Source: Tubiluchus corallicola
Taxonomy: Eukaryota; Animalia; Priapulida
Reading direction: 5' to 3'
DNA: 64,000 nt
Assembly (NCBI GenBank): GCA_030141605.1
Contig: JAQGDQ010000485.1
Location: forward strand, 104,412 to 168,411
Positions 25,239 to 37,044 of the stretch are shown in pieces. Each line of letters opens with the position of its first letter. Within the stretch, counting starts at the first letter, position 1. Below the pieces are notes generated by a model. It made no database searches, was not told where the DNA came from, and was given only the letters and a program-made list of their open reading frames with translations. The position numbers and the translations under genes are program-made.

Positions 25239-26592
25239 AATTGAAAATGTGTTGCTGTGACAAAAAAGCTTGGGCAGTCCTTGTGAAAAATCCGTATTTT
25301 TTTTACATTTCAAAGTATCAAAAATGACATTAAAATCTCGTGAAAACTCGTACCCGTACTCTTTTTGGGACAGAATGTTGCATTTTTAATGTTATGACAA
25401 AAAATTTTCTTCTTTATAAAACATGAATTCATTAATATACAGCAGTCTTGATATAGATCAATATTGTTTATTATTAAAAACATGTTGACTAATTTAATGT
25501 AGAACAAATATGGTGAAACATTTCATTAGCTATATGGGACCAGTCCTATGGAATAGACTAAGCTGCAATTCAGAATGTAGTCGCTCCCTTTCAACTTTAA
25601 AAAAACCGTCAGAAAAGAAATATTTCAAAAGTATATTTGAAGAATAACACAGTTTGATAATGGTAATCACCTGCATTCTTTTTCCACAGTAATCTTAATA
25701 AAACGTGACTGTGCTCAACAGGTTACTGAACACTTTAGAATCATGATCACAGTTCTTAGTTCTCTCTCCATTTCATCTTTCATTCACTACTCCCCCCCCC
25801 CCACTTTTATGTATATATTATTATTATTTCAATTATTAATCACTTCTTTAAGATTTCCACGTACAGTTTGGCCTATCAAGCTATGCTTTTAGGCTCAAAC
25901 TGTATGCATCAAAATTACTCTGTAATGTAATTTGCACATGTATCTGATGCATGAGAATCTCTTTTGTAATTTCTGGATAATATTGCATTTATATTTATAT
26001 TTACTTCAGTGAAATTATCTGTATTTTTATTATAACTGTTAGATGCAGAGTGGAAATAAATAAACTTATAACTTATTTTGTATACTATACATTTAACCAT
26101 CTTTACTTGGCTAAAAATACCAACTCTGGTCAGTATTTTTCTGTGATGCTTATGTGTCAAAAACAAAAATGAACAGCCAAGTGATTACTTCACGAAATTT
26201 TCGAATATGAATTATGTCAGTCTTAATAGAAATTGTTGCTTAATAAAACAAATTACTGATAAAAGATGAAAAGGGCAATAACGACAGCAGTTTGCTTGGT
26301 TAGTAATTGCGTGGGTGACAATAGTAAGCTCGTACACATGTTCTTATTGGGACAGAAGTCTTTTTTGCTTGTGCACAAAAAACTGAGGTCGCATTTGAAG
26401 ACACATATTAATCTGACGATGCTGCTTGATCATATTGTACTGCGACAGTTAATGCATGAATTTTAATGCTATATTTTTAATGTTGTGAAAAGATGTTTCA
26501 TTGTTTATAAGACATAAATTCGCTGATGTTTTATAAACTTAAGTTTTTTCAGTCTTGTCTTGAGACTGAAAAAGTGGTACATTAAATATGTA

Positions 26593-27095
26593 CAGTCAAC
26601 CTCGGATATAAGGGACACCTCAGAACCGGAAAAAACTGTTCCTTATATCCGACGTCCCTTATAGCCGTAGTCGAGTCAGACTGAGGGTGTATCTAGATCT
26701 GTACTTTTACCCATATTTTTATGGATTATTGCTACACATTCAGTGTAAACGGTATGTAGGAAGCTCCTTCAGTGATGCGAGATGTATGTGACCACGGAAA
26801 TCCAGCTGTTCGGAGGCCAAGTTTGTGGAAAATAGAGGTTAAAAATCAATCAATTTTGCTTTGATCATAGGGTCCCTTTTATGCGAGGTAATTTACCTGG
26901 GTTTTTATTACGCAGGACCTGAGGGTATCATCCCTTTCAACCGAAAGTCCCTTATATCCGAGTACCTTATATAGTATTTATATATATATATATATTTATA
27001 TATATTATTTACCTTAGATTTTTACAGAAGAAAAATGTTACGAAAAATCGGGATCGGTGTTAGTGGTTCCTTATAAGCGTGTGCCTTATAAGGGA
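26593..27095 (+). mobile_element. pogo/Tigger-like MITE family D (right TIR degenerate)
   Basis: TA|CAGTCAACCTCGGATATAAGGGACAC; body colinear with 29475-29913. Confidence 0.8.
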
Positions 27096-27959
27096 CGGTA
27101 GTTGATGTCTAACCCTGCTGTGCTTTAAATAATTGCAACGCGCTAAGTCAACTTACTTTTTAAAATGAATTTTTATTTAGCAACATTTCATGTTCTCCAT
27201 GATCAGCGGATTTTCAAATTACTCTAGAATCCCCTAACAAAGTAAATTTCTGATTTTGAATCGGTGTAAATTTTTGCTGCATTTATTAAACCGTTGGTAA
27301 TACTAATTGTCAGTTCTCGGACACTTGCATCTTTTGTGCAATAATAATAATTGGCTTCCCATGTTGCAGGATAAACCGTACTGTGTAGAGCTTTCGTTGA
27401 AGTTTTCAAAATGTGACAGGTGCAAAATTATTTTTTAAAGCAGTCCCCCAAAGTTTTGTTTAAAATATTTGGTTTGTTTCGTTTTGCATATTACTAAACA
27501 GTGCTAGATTTGGAAGTCTGGAACTCAACAGAAAGGATAGACTGAATGGGAGGAAATTTCATGATAATAAATGAATGGGGGGAAAAAGTAAATAATTAGG
27601 TTTCTTTAATCATCAGATTACAGAACGAAGTTGGAGACGTTTCAAATTTGTAGATGAGAGCTGATTATGGTGCTATTTTTTGATATGACTCAAACATTCA
27701 GCAAGTATTATATAATTATGCCATTGCAATTCTAGTGCCAAAAGCATGTTTTCATTAAGATAAGTGAACAGCATTGTTTGTAGTAATGATTTCGTTTTAT
27801 GGAGCTTGGCACCCTATGCTAGTGATGAGCTGGTGCAGAAGTTGCAACAAAGCGACGTAAATAAAGCTGCACATCAAGTTATGCAGTACCTGCACAATCG
27901 AAGATAGTGGTTTGTTATATTTCGTATATGTGTCATATTTTAAAACTTTGAAATTGGTT

Positions 27960-28187
27960 AATGAATCGCGTTAAAGGAAGCCTTAAAATCTTGCAAAAAA
28001 CCACATGGTAAACGTAAAACAACTTGGATAGCTAAGATAAATAAAGATGTTCAACAACTTCAACCAAATCTATCTTTAGGAAAACTTACGCTGTTAGTGT
28101 TAACTGCAGATAGAAGTGGGTGGAATGCTCTGATAAATGTTGATACCTCAATACCTACAATGGGTGGAATGAGATTTTGAAGAAGAA
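27960..28187 (+). mobile_element. 5'-truncated RTE-clade LINE 3' end
   Basis: Reads ALKEALKSCKKPHGKRKTTWIAKINKDVQQL...TADRSGWNALI...RF*, then a (GAA)n tail; 10-bp TSD GAAATTGGTT at 27950-27959 and 28188-28197. Confidence 0.8.
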
Positions 28188-28655
28188 GAAATTGGTTGTG
28201 TGAACTTTGAAGTCGTGTAGGCAAGCTTTTCTTAAATCATAGCAATTTAATTATCTTCTTTTAAAATTATGCTGCATTTCTTAGCGTTTGTAAGATAAAG
28301 ATTTAAATTAATTTATTTCACATTCACGGTTAATAATCAGTACAAAAGATCACAACAAAATACAAAGATTGCCAAAAATGTGAGGGCAACATGGGACCCA
28401 TAGGTTCTTCGCATGTTGGGATAGACACATCTTATGTCTGATGAGCAGTTTATATAAGTTGTAGACTAGAAAGCGCGCTTAAAGTTATTGAGTCGTTATT
28501 GACTTTGTGTCTTGGATTCGTGCCTCATGATTTTTGGTTACTTGTGGCCCATCCCTCTTCTGTTCCTTTAATTATTAGCATTAGTTACTGTTATATAAAG
28601 TAGTTTATTACCCTTTTATAATATTCTATTTTTCAACTTGCAGTACTAATCGTTA

Positions 28656-29187
28656 TTAGACTCAACCTCATTTTAATTTACTGTCTAAAGTATACATTTT
28701 CCTGCCTATAAAAGTTAACAACTATTCCTTATATTTGAATAATTAACTTTGAAGGTTAATTAACGGTAGCCGAACACAGCTATTGCTAACGTCAGAAACT
28801 AGCTTCAGTTTGTCAATAGCAGGCGTCTTCCCTTGCGCATCAAGTACATTTGCATAGGTGTTACAGTACTGTTTAAAAGCGTGATGTTTCGAAAATGGGC
28901 TTTACATCATATGACGTCAGAAACTAACACAGCAGTTCATGACCATGGTTATCACGGTACCGGCTTGTATCTGTCGGCCCAACGAATGTGACAAAAAGGC
29001 GCCGCTGCCAACCTTAGTAGATTCACTGGACCATGCATTGCTTTGAAAGTTTAACGAAATTTGAGTATCCGAGGTAATTATTATTTAATCTAAGCTTTCA
29101 TTTACAATAAGGTATTGTAGTTTTCAATATTTTAGAGCATTCTTTATTCTGAACTCGTGTTTACACAATCATCCGGTTTTCCTTTAA
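28656..29187 (-). mobile_element. Kolobok/T2-like MITE family A with one TIR missing
   Basis: Body colinear with 19847-20403; ends CCGGTTTTCCT|TTAA. Confidence 0.85.
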
Positions 29188-29474
29188 GTAAATTACAGTC
29201 ACCTTGATTCTAATCGGTACCATCACAAATCGCCAGTAGTCGGGAATAAAGGCAATTCTCTTGACCTTATTCTCAACAAGTTAAAATTACTACTTACATA
29301 ACACTAGACCCATATCATTACAATGAGTGTGGATAGAGAGGAGTTAATTCCAGTCTAGTATGACTAATCATACTAATTGAATCATTTCTCACAGCTTTTA
29401 GTTCTACAAATTTCTGCAGTTTCTATTTATAGCCGCTCATTCCATCTTGTACAACTGGCATGAAAAACTTTGTA

Positions 29475-29913
29475 CAGTCAACCTTGGATATAAGGGACAC
29501 GTCGGGGCCAGAAAAAACCGTCCCTTATATCCGATGTCCCTTATAGCCGAAGTTGAGTCAGACTGAGGGTGAATCTAGACTTGTACTTTTCTGCACTTTT
29601 ACCCATATTATTATAGATTATTGCTACATAGTCAGTGCAAATGGTATGTATGAAGCTCCTTCAGTGATGCGAGATGTATGTGACCGCGGAAACCGAGCTG
29701 TTTGAAGGCCGAGTTTGCGAAAAATTGGGGTTAAAAATCGATCACGGTTTCTATTATGCGGGACCTGAAGATACCGTCCCTTATAACCGAAAGTCGTTTA
29801 TATCCGAGTACCTTATATACGAAGATTTTTACATAGGAAAAACATTACGAAAAATTGGGACCCGTGTTGGTGATCCTTTATATAAGCGAGTGCCTTATAC
29901 CCGAGGTTGACTG
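29475..29913 (+). mobile_element. pogo/Tigger-like MITE family D, complete
   Basis: TA|CAGTCAACCTTGG ... CCGAGGTTGACTG|TA. Confidence 0.88.
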
Positions 29914-30228
29914 TACCACTGATTCTATCCCAGTCTGTTAAACTATTAAAGCAGAGATCACATTACCTGGACATCTTACTCGATCTTCCAATGAACTGTG
30001 ACTAGTCTGTGATTGTAGAAATAACATAAAATGAGTCTTCGTTATTGTGGGCATCAAGCTTACTGACCAGAAATTCTCTGTCAATGTATGGCTAGCTTTT
30101 TTTGTGAATTGGGGTCAAGTTGCCAAATTTCCAGTCAAGTGTATGCACAATATGTACAATTGTGAAATAAGAGGTTATGCAGCTCTTTCAGGACTCTAGG
30201 TGATAACCATTGGGTGCCTATAATTTAC

Positions 30229-30784
30229 TTAAAGGAAAACCGGTTGATTGTGTAAACACGAGTTCAGAATAAAGAATTCTCTAAAATATTGAAAACTACA
30301 ATAGCTTTTTTTGAACCAAAGCTTAGATTAAATGATAATTACCTCGGATACTCAAATTTCGTTAAACTTTCAAAGCTACGCGCGTCTCAGCGAATCCGCT
30401 AAGATGGACAGTGTTGCGTTTTTGTCACGTGCGCTTGGCCGACAAATAGAAGGCAGTACCGTGATAACCATGCTCATGAACTGCTGTGTTAGTTTCACGA
30501 CGTCATATGAAGTAAAGCCCATTTTTCGTGATATCATGCGCTTAAGCAGTACTGTAACACCTATGCAAACAAGCTTGACGCGCAAGGGAAGACGCCTGCC
30601 CTGCCAAACTGTGGTTAGTTTCTGACGTAAGCAATAGCTGTGTTCGGTTGCCATTAATTATCTTTCTAAGCTAATTATTGAAATATAAGGAACAATTGTT
30701 AACTTTCATAGGCAAGAAAATGTATGTTTTGGACAGTAAATTAAAATGAGATTGAGTCTAAACAATCGTCTGGTTTTCCTTTAA
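30229..30784 (+). mobile_element. Kolobok/T2-like MITE family A
   Basis: TTAA TSDs and both TIRs. Confidence 0.88.
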
Positions 30785-31494
30785 AGTGATTTGGCCTACA
30801 GTTGTAGTTTAGTGTTAATAGTGTCTTTATTAATAATGATGTGGTTTGAGAGCTTTCCGTTGCATGTATTTAACATATTGGGTAAGTACAATTACAATTC
30901 ACACAATACATACACAGTTTACAAAGATATAAACACATACATATATAAATGCTATAAAAACAATTACTACGTTATTAAGAATGCAATTATACATGTCAAA
31001 TTCAATAATTTAAACTAAAGACAGAACATCAAACTTTGACGTACAAACCCAATAAACTCGCCATTGTTTGTCGATGTTGTAGTCTCATAAACTTTGCATC
31101 ATGACAGGGAGGTAGTTGCAAATCATGCAGGATAACAGGTTTTGCCCCTTTGATGATCACCTATTTTTACTAGCCTAGTAAAAAGTAAGCAATTTTTCAA
31201 CAATAATACTGCCAAACCATTTCTGATAAATTAAACAATAGATTAAAAAGTTTATTAACTGCTGGCAAACCCAACTATTGATGACATAATAAATGAACAT
31301 AATTTTCAACAACACAAATATTCCATGAGCGTGTTACACGTGTTTGCAAAAGCGAAAATTGAAGTATAGTGCTACTGTACGAGATTCAGCATGATATACT
31401 AAACTCGACAAATTTTAAGATAAAAGATTCAAATTTCAAATTTACCTATGCGCTCACACATGAGCTTTCGAAAGTGTGTGCTATATCATAAACA

Positions 31495-31972
31495 AACACC
31501 TCTGAACTTAGAGGTACAGCACCTGTTTTTTGTGCAACTTATTTCTGATAAGTAGGCACTAGTTCCTGTCTAATTACCCAATGACGAAACACGGTGAAGA
31601 ACCAGCCGTAGGAACACGAAATTACTTTTGCGTGATAACAGTTCTGTCACGTAAGTCCTTCTTGAAAGAATAGTATGTTTCTTTTCAATATTTTAAAGAG
31701 TACATTGTTTTGACCTACAGTTTAAGATTGGGTCCAGTTTTTAACGAACACCTCTGAACTAAGAGATACAGCACCTGTTTTTTGTGCATCGTATTTCCGA
31801 AATATAGGTGCTAGTGCCTAGCTAACTAACCAATGACGAAATGCATGTCACAGTGAAGAACCAGCCGTGGGATCACGAAATTACTTTTGCGTGGTAATAG
31901 TTTTTTTTTCATTATTTTAAAGAGTATATTGTTTTCACCTACAGTTTAAGATTGGGTCCAGTTTTCCTTTAA
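31495..31972. repeat. Diverged ~230-250-bp tandem duplication ending in a Kolobok-like right TIR
   Basis: aacacctctgaact...ttaagattgggtccagttt occurs twice; the second copy ends CCAGTTTTCCT|TTAA, 60 bp upstream of the unit 5 acceptor. Confidence 0.7.
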
Positions 31973-32077
31973 GTAGAAGGATGCGTATTTTAACTTTATA
32001 TGAACATATAAATGTTTCTGTTTACTTTTTAGGTGCAGGAAAATAGCGAACAGCAGTGACAAAGCAAACAACATAAA

Positions 32078-32977
32078 ATGGAACCAATGATTTACTTCAA
32101 ATGTACTGCCTGTTCTGAGTGTTTTATGTCGGAGGACATTTTCTTTGCGCACACCCGTACATGGCACTGTAAGATTCTCATTACGGAGGGTCAGGATGCA
32201 GAGACTTCTATTGACAATGACCTTTCAAGTTATGACCGCAAGTCTGAAGAATCTTATGGATTTTCTGCCGTGGTCGCATCCAGTGATGATATTTCTGATT
32301 ATATAACTGACGCCAGCAAGTGTGCAGATGGAGACTTGATTAGTAAACAAAGCATTTTCAGTGATGAAGTCTGTCTGAAGCTCGAACCAGATTCTCAAAT
32401 AAATGACAAGTCTTTCACAGATGCTACGAGCCAAATGTCAACTCCAAAAACTAATATTGATATTGTTACTATTGAAGATGACAATAGCGGCTTAGATAAG
32501 CATGACACGCATACACCTCATTCTTTACCAGTGCCGCAGTATCTTGATCAAAGCATGTGCCAAAGCTCTCGTAGTTCAAACTATCGCTCTCCAAAATTGC
32601 CACCATTTCTCAGCCATTTAAAAATGAAAACGAAGCATCCGAAATTTAGTGCGACACTGCAGTCTCATTTCGGACAGTCCATGCCCGTGTCGGTCAGGTC
32701 AACAAAGTCAAATACCAGAAAGGAAACAGCATATTTCTGTCAGTACTGCCGGAAGGCATTTACAACATTCCAAGGGCTTCAAAGACATGAGAGGATTCAC
32801 ACGGGTGAAAAACCTTATTCTTGCAATGTGTGCGATAAACGTTTCACGGTGTCGTGCAACCTGAAAACTCACATGCGTGTTCATACTGGAGAAAGACCTT
32901 ACAAGTGTACTACATGCCAGAGCAGCTTTGGTCAGCTTTCAGAACTGAAAAGACATACAAGGTCACACACAAGGTGA
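32078..32977 (+). CDS. C2H2 zinc-finger protein unit 5 (299 aa; N-module plus 3 fingers)
   Basis: Intact ORF with TGEKPY/TGERPY linkers; acceptor AG at 32031-32032. Confidence 0.93.
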   Translation: MEPMIYFKCTACSECFMSEDIFFAHTRTWHCKILITEGQDAETSIDNDLSSYDRKSEESYGFSAVVASSDDISDYITDASKCADGDLISKQSIFSDEVCLKLEPDSQINDKSFTDATSQMSTPKTNIDIVTIEDDNSGLDKHDTHTPHSLPVPQYLDQSMCQSSRSSNYRSPKLPPFLSHLKMKTKHPKFSATLQSHFGQSMPVSVRSTKSNTRKETAYFCQYCRKAFTTFQGLQRHERIHTGEKPYSCNVCDKRFTVSCNLKTHMRVHTGERPYKCTTCQSSFGQLSELKRHTRSHTR

Positions 32978-33101
32978 ACCTTACAAGTGCACTTTGACTT
33001 ACAAAAATAGTTGCAATAAACTTTCAGTACTGATTTACATGGTGAACTTTACAAGTGCACTTTGGCTTACAAAAATAGTTGCAATAAACTTTCAGTACTG
33101 A
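32973..33101 (+). repeat. 68-bp tandem duplication spanning the unit 5 stop and an AATAAA
   Basis: ggtgaac(c/t)ttacaagtgcacttt..gcaataaactttcagtactga at 32973 and 33041. Confidence 0.85.
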
Positions 33102-33456
33102 AAATGATTTGCAGGGTCACAGCAGAGAACGTTCGCCAGGAGTAAACGTGTTAAAACATCGTTGTCAACTTTCCGGACGAAGAATTCCTGCAAGACCACA
33201 ATGCCCAGGCATCAAATATGCCTGCACTGGAAAAGGAGATTTGGAAGAAAATGGGGAAAAGTGTTATGTATGTAGACCAAGGACGTCCACTGCAACTTTT
33301 CTAAGTTGGGAGGGCAGAGGAATATACCAGGGATGAGAATTTTCTGCGGATATGCGGAATTCTGAGTTTTTGGAAGACCAGTAGTGCCATTTTTGTACGT
33401 GTAAATTCGTTGAGAAAATTATTATGGACCCAGTATATTGTTTCACAAACTGACCG

Positions 33457-33628
33457 CTAGTTGACAGGCCGTCACTTTGTTTACATCACGTACATCAGTG
33501 TAGCCACATGTAGATCTCTATGTATAAAAATATAGAATCAATTGTACAGAGTTGAGTCAATTGCAGACAGTTTTATATACTTTTGCATAGGAGCGGTCAG
33601 TACTTAGGCGTTTTTGAGACAATTAGGT
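33457..33628 (+). mobile_element. Fragment of MITE family C
   Basis: Colinear with 18596-18770. Confidence 0.65.
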
Positions 33629-33817
33629 ATCATGTATCCTTGATAGTTGGGTATTTTAAATTATGCATGAAACAAGGTAATTGATATTTTATGTCCACTT
33701 AGAGACTCTCTGTGGTCAGAAAATTGCAATTTGTTACTAGCTTCAATGGGGTTTCGCCACCTTGAACCCCATTAGAGGAGGCCCCAAACCCCTGTCCTGT
33801 TTCAGAGTTTTTTCAGA

Positions 33818-34117
33818 GGATATAAGGGACTTTTGGTTATAAGGGCTGGTATCTTCAGGTCCCGCGTAATAGAAACCCAGTTAAATAGCCTCACGTATAA
33901 GGGACTCTATGATCAAAGCAAAATTGCTCGATTTTTAACTTCAGTTTTTCGCAAACTCAGCCTTCGAACAGCTCAGTTTCCGTGGTCACATACATCTTGT
34001 ATCACTGGAGGAGCTTCCTACATACCGTTTGCACTGAATGTGTAGCAATAATCCATAAAAATATGGCTAAAAGTACAGGTCTAGATACACCCTCGGTCTG
34101 ACTCAACATCGGATATA
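33818..34117 (-). mobile_element. Internal fragment of MITE family D
   Basis: Reverse complement of ~26650-26960. Confidence 0.75.
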
Positions 34118-35747
34118 CTTGTTGAAGTATTTTGAAATTGTGACCATTTAGTGTTAAGATATCGTGCATTTCAGCCATACTGTCTTATAAAATTATATAA
34201 ATAAAAATTTGCTTTGTATATTTGTCAGCTTGATTATTTTTTAGTTTAATTTTGTTTATTATTAAAAACATGTTGACTAATTTTATTTTGTATATTGTAC
34301 ATTTAACCATCTAAATGTGATTACTTCATGAAGTTTTCAAATACGGGTATGTTAGTCTTAATAGAAATTCTTGCTTAATATAACAAATTATTGAGGAAAG
34401 GTGAAAGAGTTAATGACGACAGCACTATACCTGGTTAGTAAATGGGTGGGTGACAGCAAAGAAAACTGCTTACCACCGTAGTGTCTCTGGCTATTTCTGC
34501 TTGTCAGGTAGGATACGTTGTACTCTATGTGCATCTGAAAGCGACTGATGCATTTTTTTGATTTAATTTGTTAGTTTTCGTAAATTAACTTTCGCAATAA
34601 GCCAGATTCCAGTTCCACCACACAACGTTAGTATTGCTGTACACATTCTTGATTGATTACTGCGATACTGTACTTTTATTAGTATTACAAAGCGAAATTC
34701 ACGTTTAAATTTCGCAGATCTGGTTCATTTGTATTGATTTTCCGCAGTAGATGGCGCCAGAAAGTCAGATTTGATAAAGTACGTTTATGTGATTTGTGAT
34801 TGCGTCAAAGATCTAAGTTACGTGATTCACAAAATATTAAAAAATCGTTTTTTAATTCCTTAAAATTTGTACTTTAAGATTATAGGGTTATTGTAAAAAA
34901 TTAATTTTTTGACATAAAAATCAAATTTAAGGAAAAAACCAAACATTCTAACATTCACCAATTTATAGAGTGGTTACGAAAATAAAAAAAACATTAGCGT
35001 TCATTCGAAAAGCAATTTACTGTATTTAATTTAACATAAATGTTTGACTCATTCTAGTTCATTACTGTAATTTAATAATTAATATCGGAAAAAAATTTAA
35101 AAGAAAGGAATAGGTACCAAATATGCTTTGTTACATATTATAATTCTCTATTATAAAAATTAATATTATCATACCGATACTGAGACGGGAATTGAACCTG
35201 GCACCCATGAATTACACGTTTAACATTTTGAATAATAGGCTACATAGCCCTTTAGTTAAGACCAAGATTCTAATGCTGATCTTATTTCATTCCGAACATC
35301 TTAACAATTATTGCATTGGTTGGTCGATCTAGAGCTAGAAGGATTGGGTCACTATTAAAATTTTTGTATTAAAGCTGGTTGGGTTAGGATTGCTGATTGG
35401 CACAGTTATGTTACGGGTACCAGCTGATCCGTATGTAAAAACTATTTTTTCATATCTTTCAAGGTCAAAGTCGAGTTTTGATTTTCTTTATTTTCACAGT
35501 TATGTTACGTGAGTCACATTACACAATCCTTTGTAACAGACACATTTAAAACATTTTAGCTGTTTCTTAAGTGCAGTAATAATTAACAGGTTTTACTCTT
35601 CGTACGTGACTTTTTTAAACATGTATTTTCATGTGAGATGCATTTAATTTTATTTATTTTTTACCATTTGTATGAACCATTAGTTCAGTTTTTTGTCTCT
35701 GATGTGTTTGTTATGATAAACTTTAAATTCATTTAGTTACTTAGTTT

Positions 35748-35748
<1 letters not shown>

Positions 35749-35835
<87 letters not shown>

Positions 35836-35963
35836 ACTTAACTTACTTGCTGGCTTGCTTACTTGCTTGCTTGCTTACTTACTTGCTTGTTTGCTTACTT
35901 ACTTTCTTGCTTACTTAGTTACCTGCTTGCTTACTTACTTACCTGCTTGCTTGCTTACTTACT
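35749..35963. repeat. (TTAC)n/(TTGC)n microsatellite
   Basis: Direct reading. Confidence 0.95.
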
Positions 35964-36599
35964 AAAACTGGATCAGTGCGAGCACAGCCAGCTTGAGTTT
36001 AAGCAGAGACAGACATGTTTGTATCCGAGGTAACTCAATATACACACAAGCGGTAAAAATAATTTAAAATTTAAAAGGCCACACTAGGTTACTAAATTTA
36101 TCAATTTTTCACACAGTTTAGATAAAATTACATCGCACACAGCGAGTTACGCATATCAACCAGTAAAAAAAGTCTAACTGAATTTTCCAAAACATTTCAT
36201 TTGCTTTTCTGTGATTCGTACTAGTGAATAATATGATTAGTTATTTCAAAGGTGACATCTGTATGATATGTCTACCAGCTCTACATTTTTATTCAGATTT
36301 TTTTCTTTATTCCCGGGCAAACTTGGACCTGCTTGTTCTCTTGTTACTTGAAACAAATTGTCTCTTAATTATTTTAATTAATTGTTTTAATTTGCTTCTA
36401 AATTTTAAGCCCAAAAGTTTTTAAACATCATTCTTTTAGTAAGGCATAAAGGTCTCTGGTTTAAGCCACAAGTCAATGTATGATAATGTAAAGATAATTT
36501 ATTTCCTGAACTGTACATACGTAGGTCAAACGCACTTCTTAGATCTGTACATAATGCAACGATTCTGTTGATGCTGTCTAAGCAATTATAGCAACATGT

Positions 36600-37044
36600 T
36601 TAACCCTTTCAGTACCAAATTATTTTTAAAAAGAAAAAAATTTTGGCTTAGTACTTTTTGTTCCCAATGTATCCTGTGGGATCACAACATTCTTTGTCAT
36701 GTGCAAAAAAAACAAAGTCCGACTTTTTTAAAGGCACAATAAAAGCAAAAAATGTGCTTCATTTTGCAACTGCTGATAATTTTTTAAAGTATTTAAGATA
36801 TTTAGTGTGCACGCTATGCTGATCTGTACAAAGTCGTCTCTAAAGTACTGTACCTTGCGCAGTTTTTTATGCTATGTAGATTTACTAGTTTGTCATTTTA
36901 TCACTATTTTTAGTCAATTGTTATTGGCTTAAATGAAAATAACTGTTAACAGATCAAATAACTGTCAGTTTTAAAATTTTATTTATTTTAAAGGCAGAAA
37001 ATATTCTCTTAACCCACGGGATACAACGGGTATGAAAGGGTTAA
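36600..37044. mobile_element. piggyBac-like MITE
   Basis: TTAA|CCCTTTCAGTACC ... GGTATGAAAGGG|TTAA with subterminal inverted repeat tgtatcctgtggg / cccacgggataca. Confidence 0.75.

Noticed and set aside
27971-27982. Missing left TIR of the MITE at 28656 (TTAAAGGAAGCC)
   Set aside because: It lies inside the RTE coding fragment (LKEA codons); a chance match.
33457-33628. Remnant of a seventh ZF unit, based on homology to 18596-18770
   Set aside because: That homology is explained by MITE family C.
35180-35210. tRNA gene on the minus strand (GGTTCAATTCCCG B-box)
   Set aside because: Only a T-arm-like motif with no cloverleaf; at most a SINE relic.
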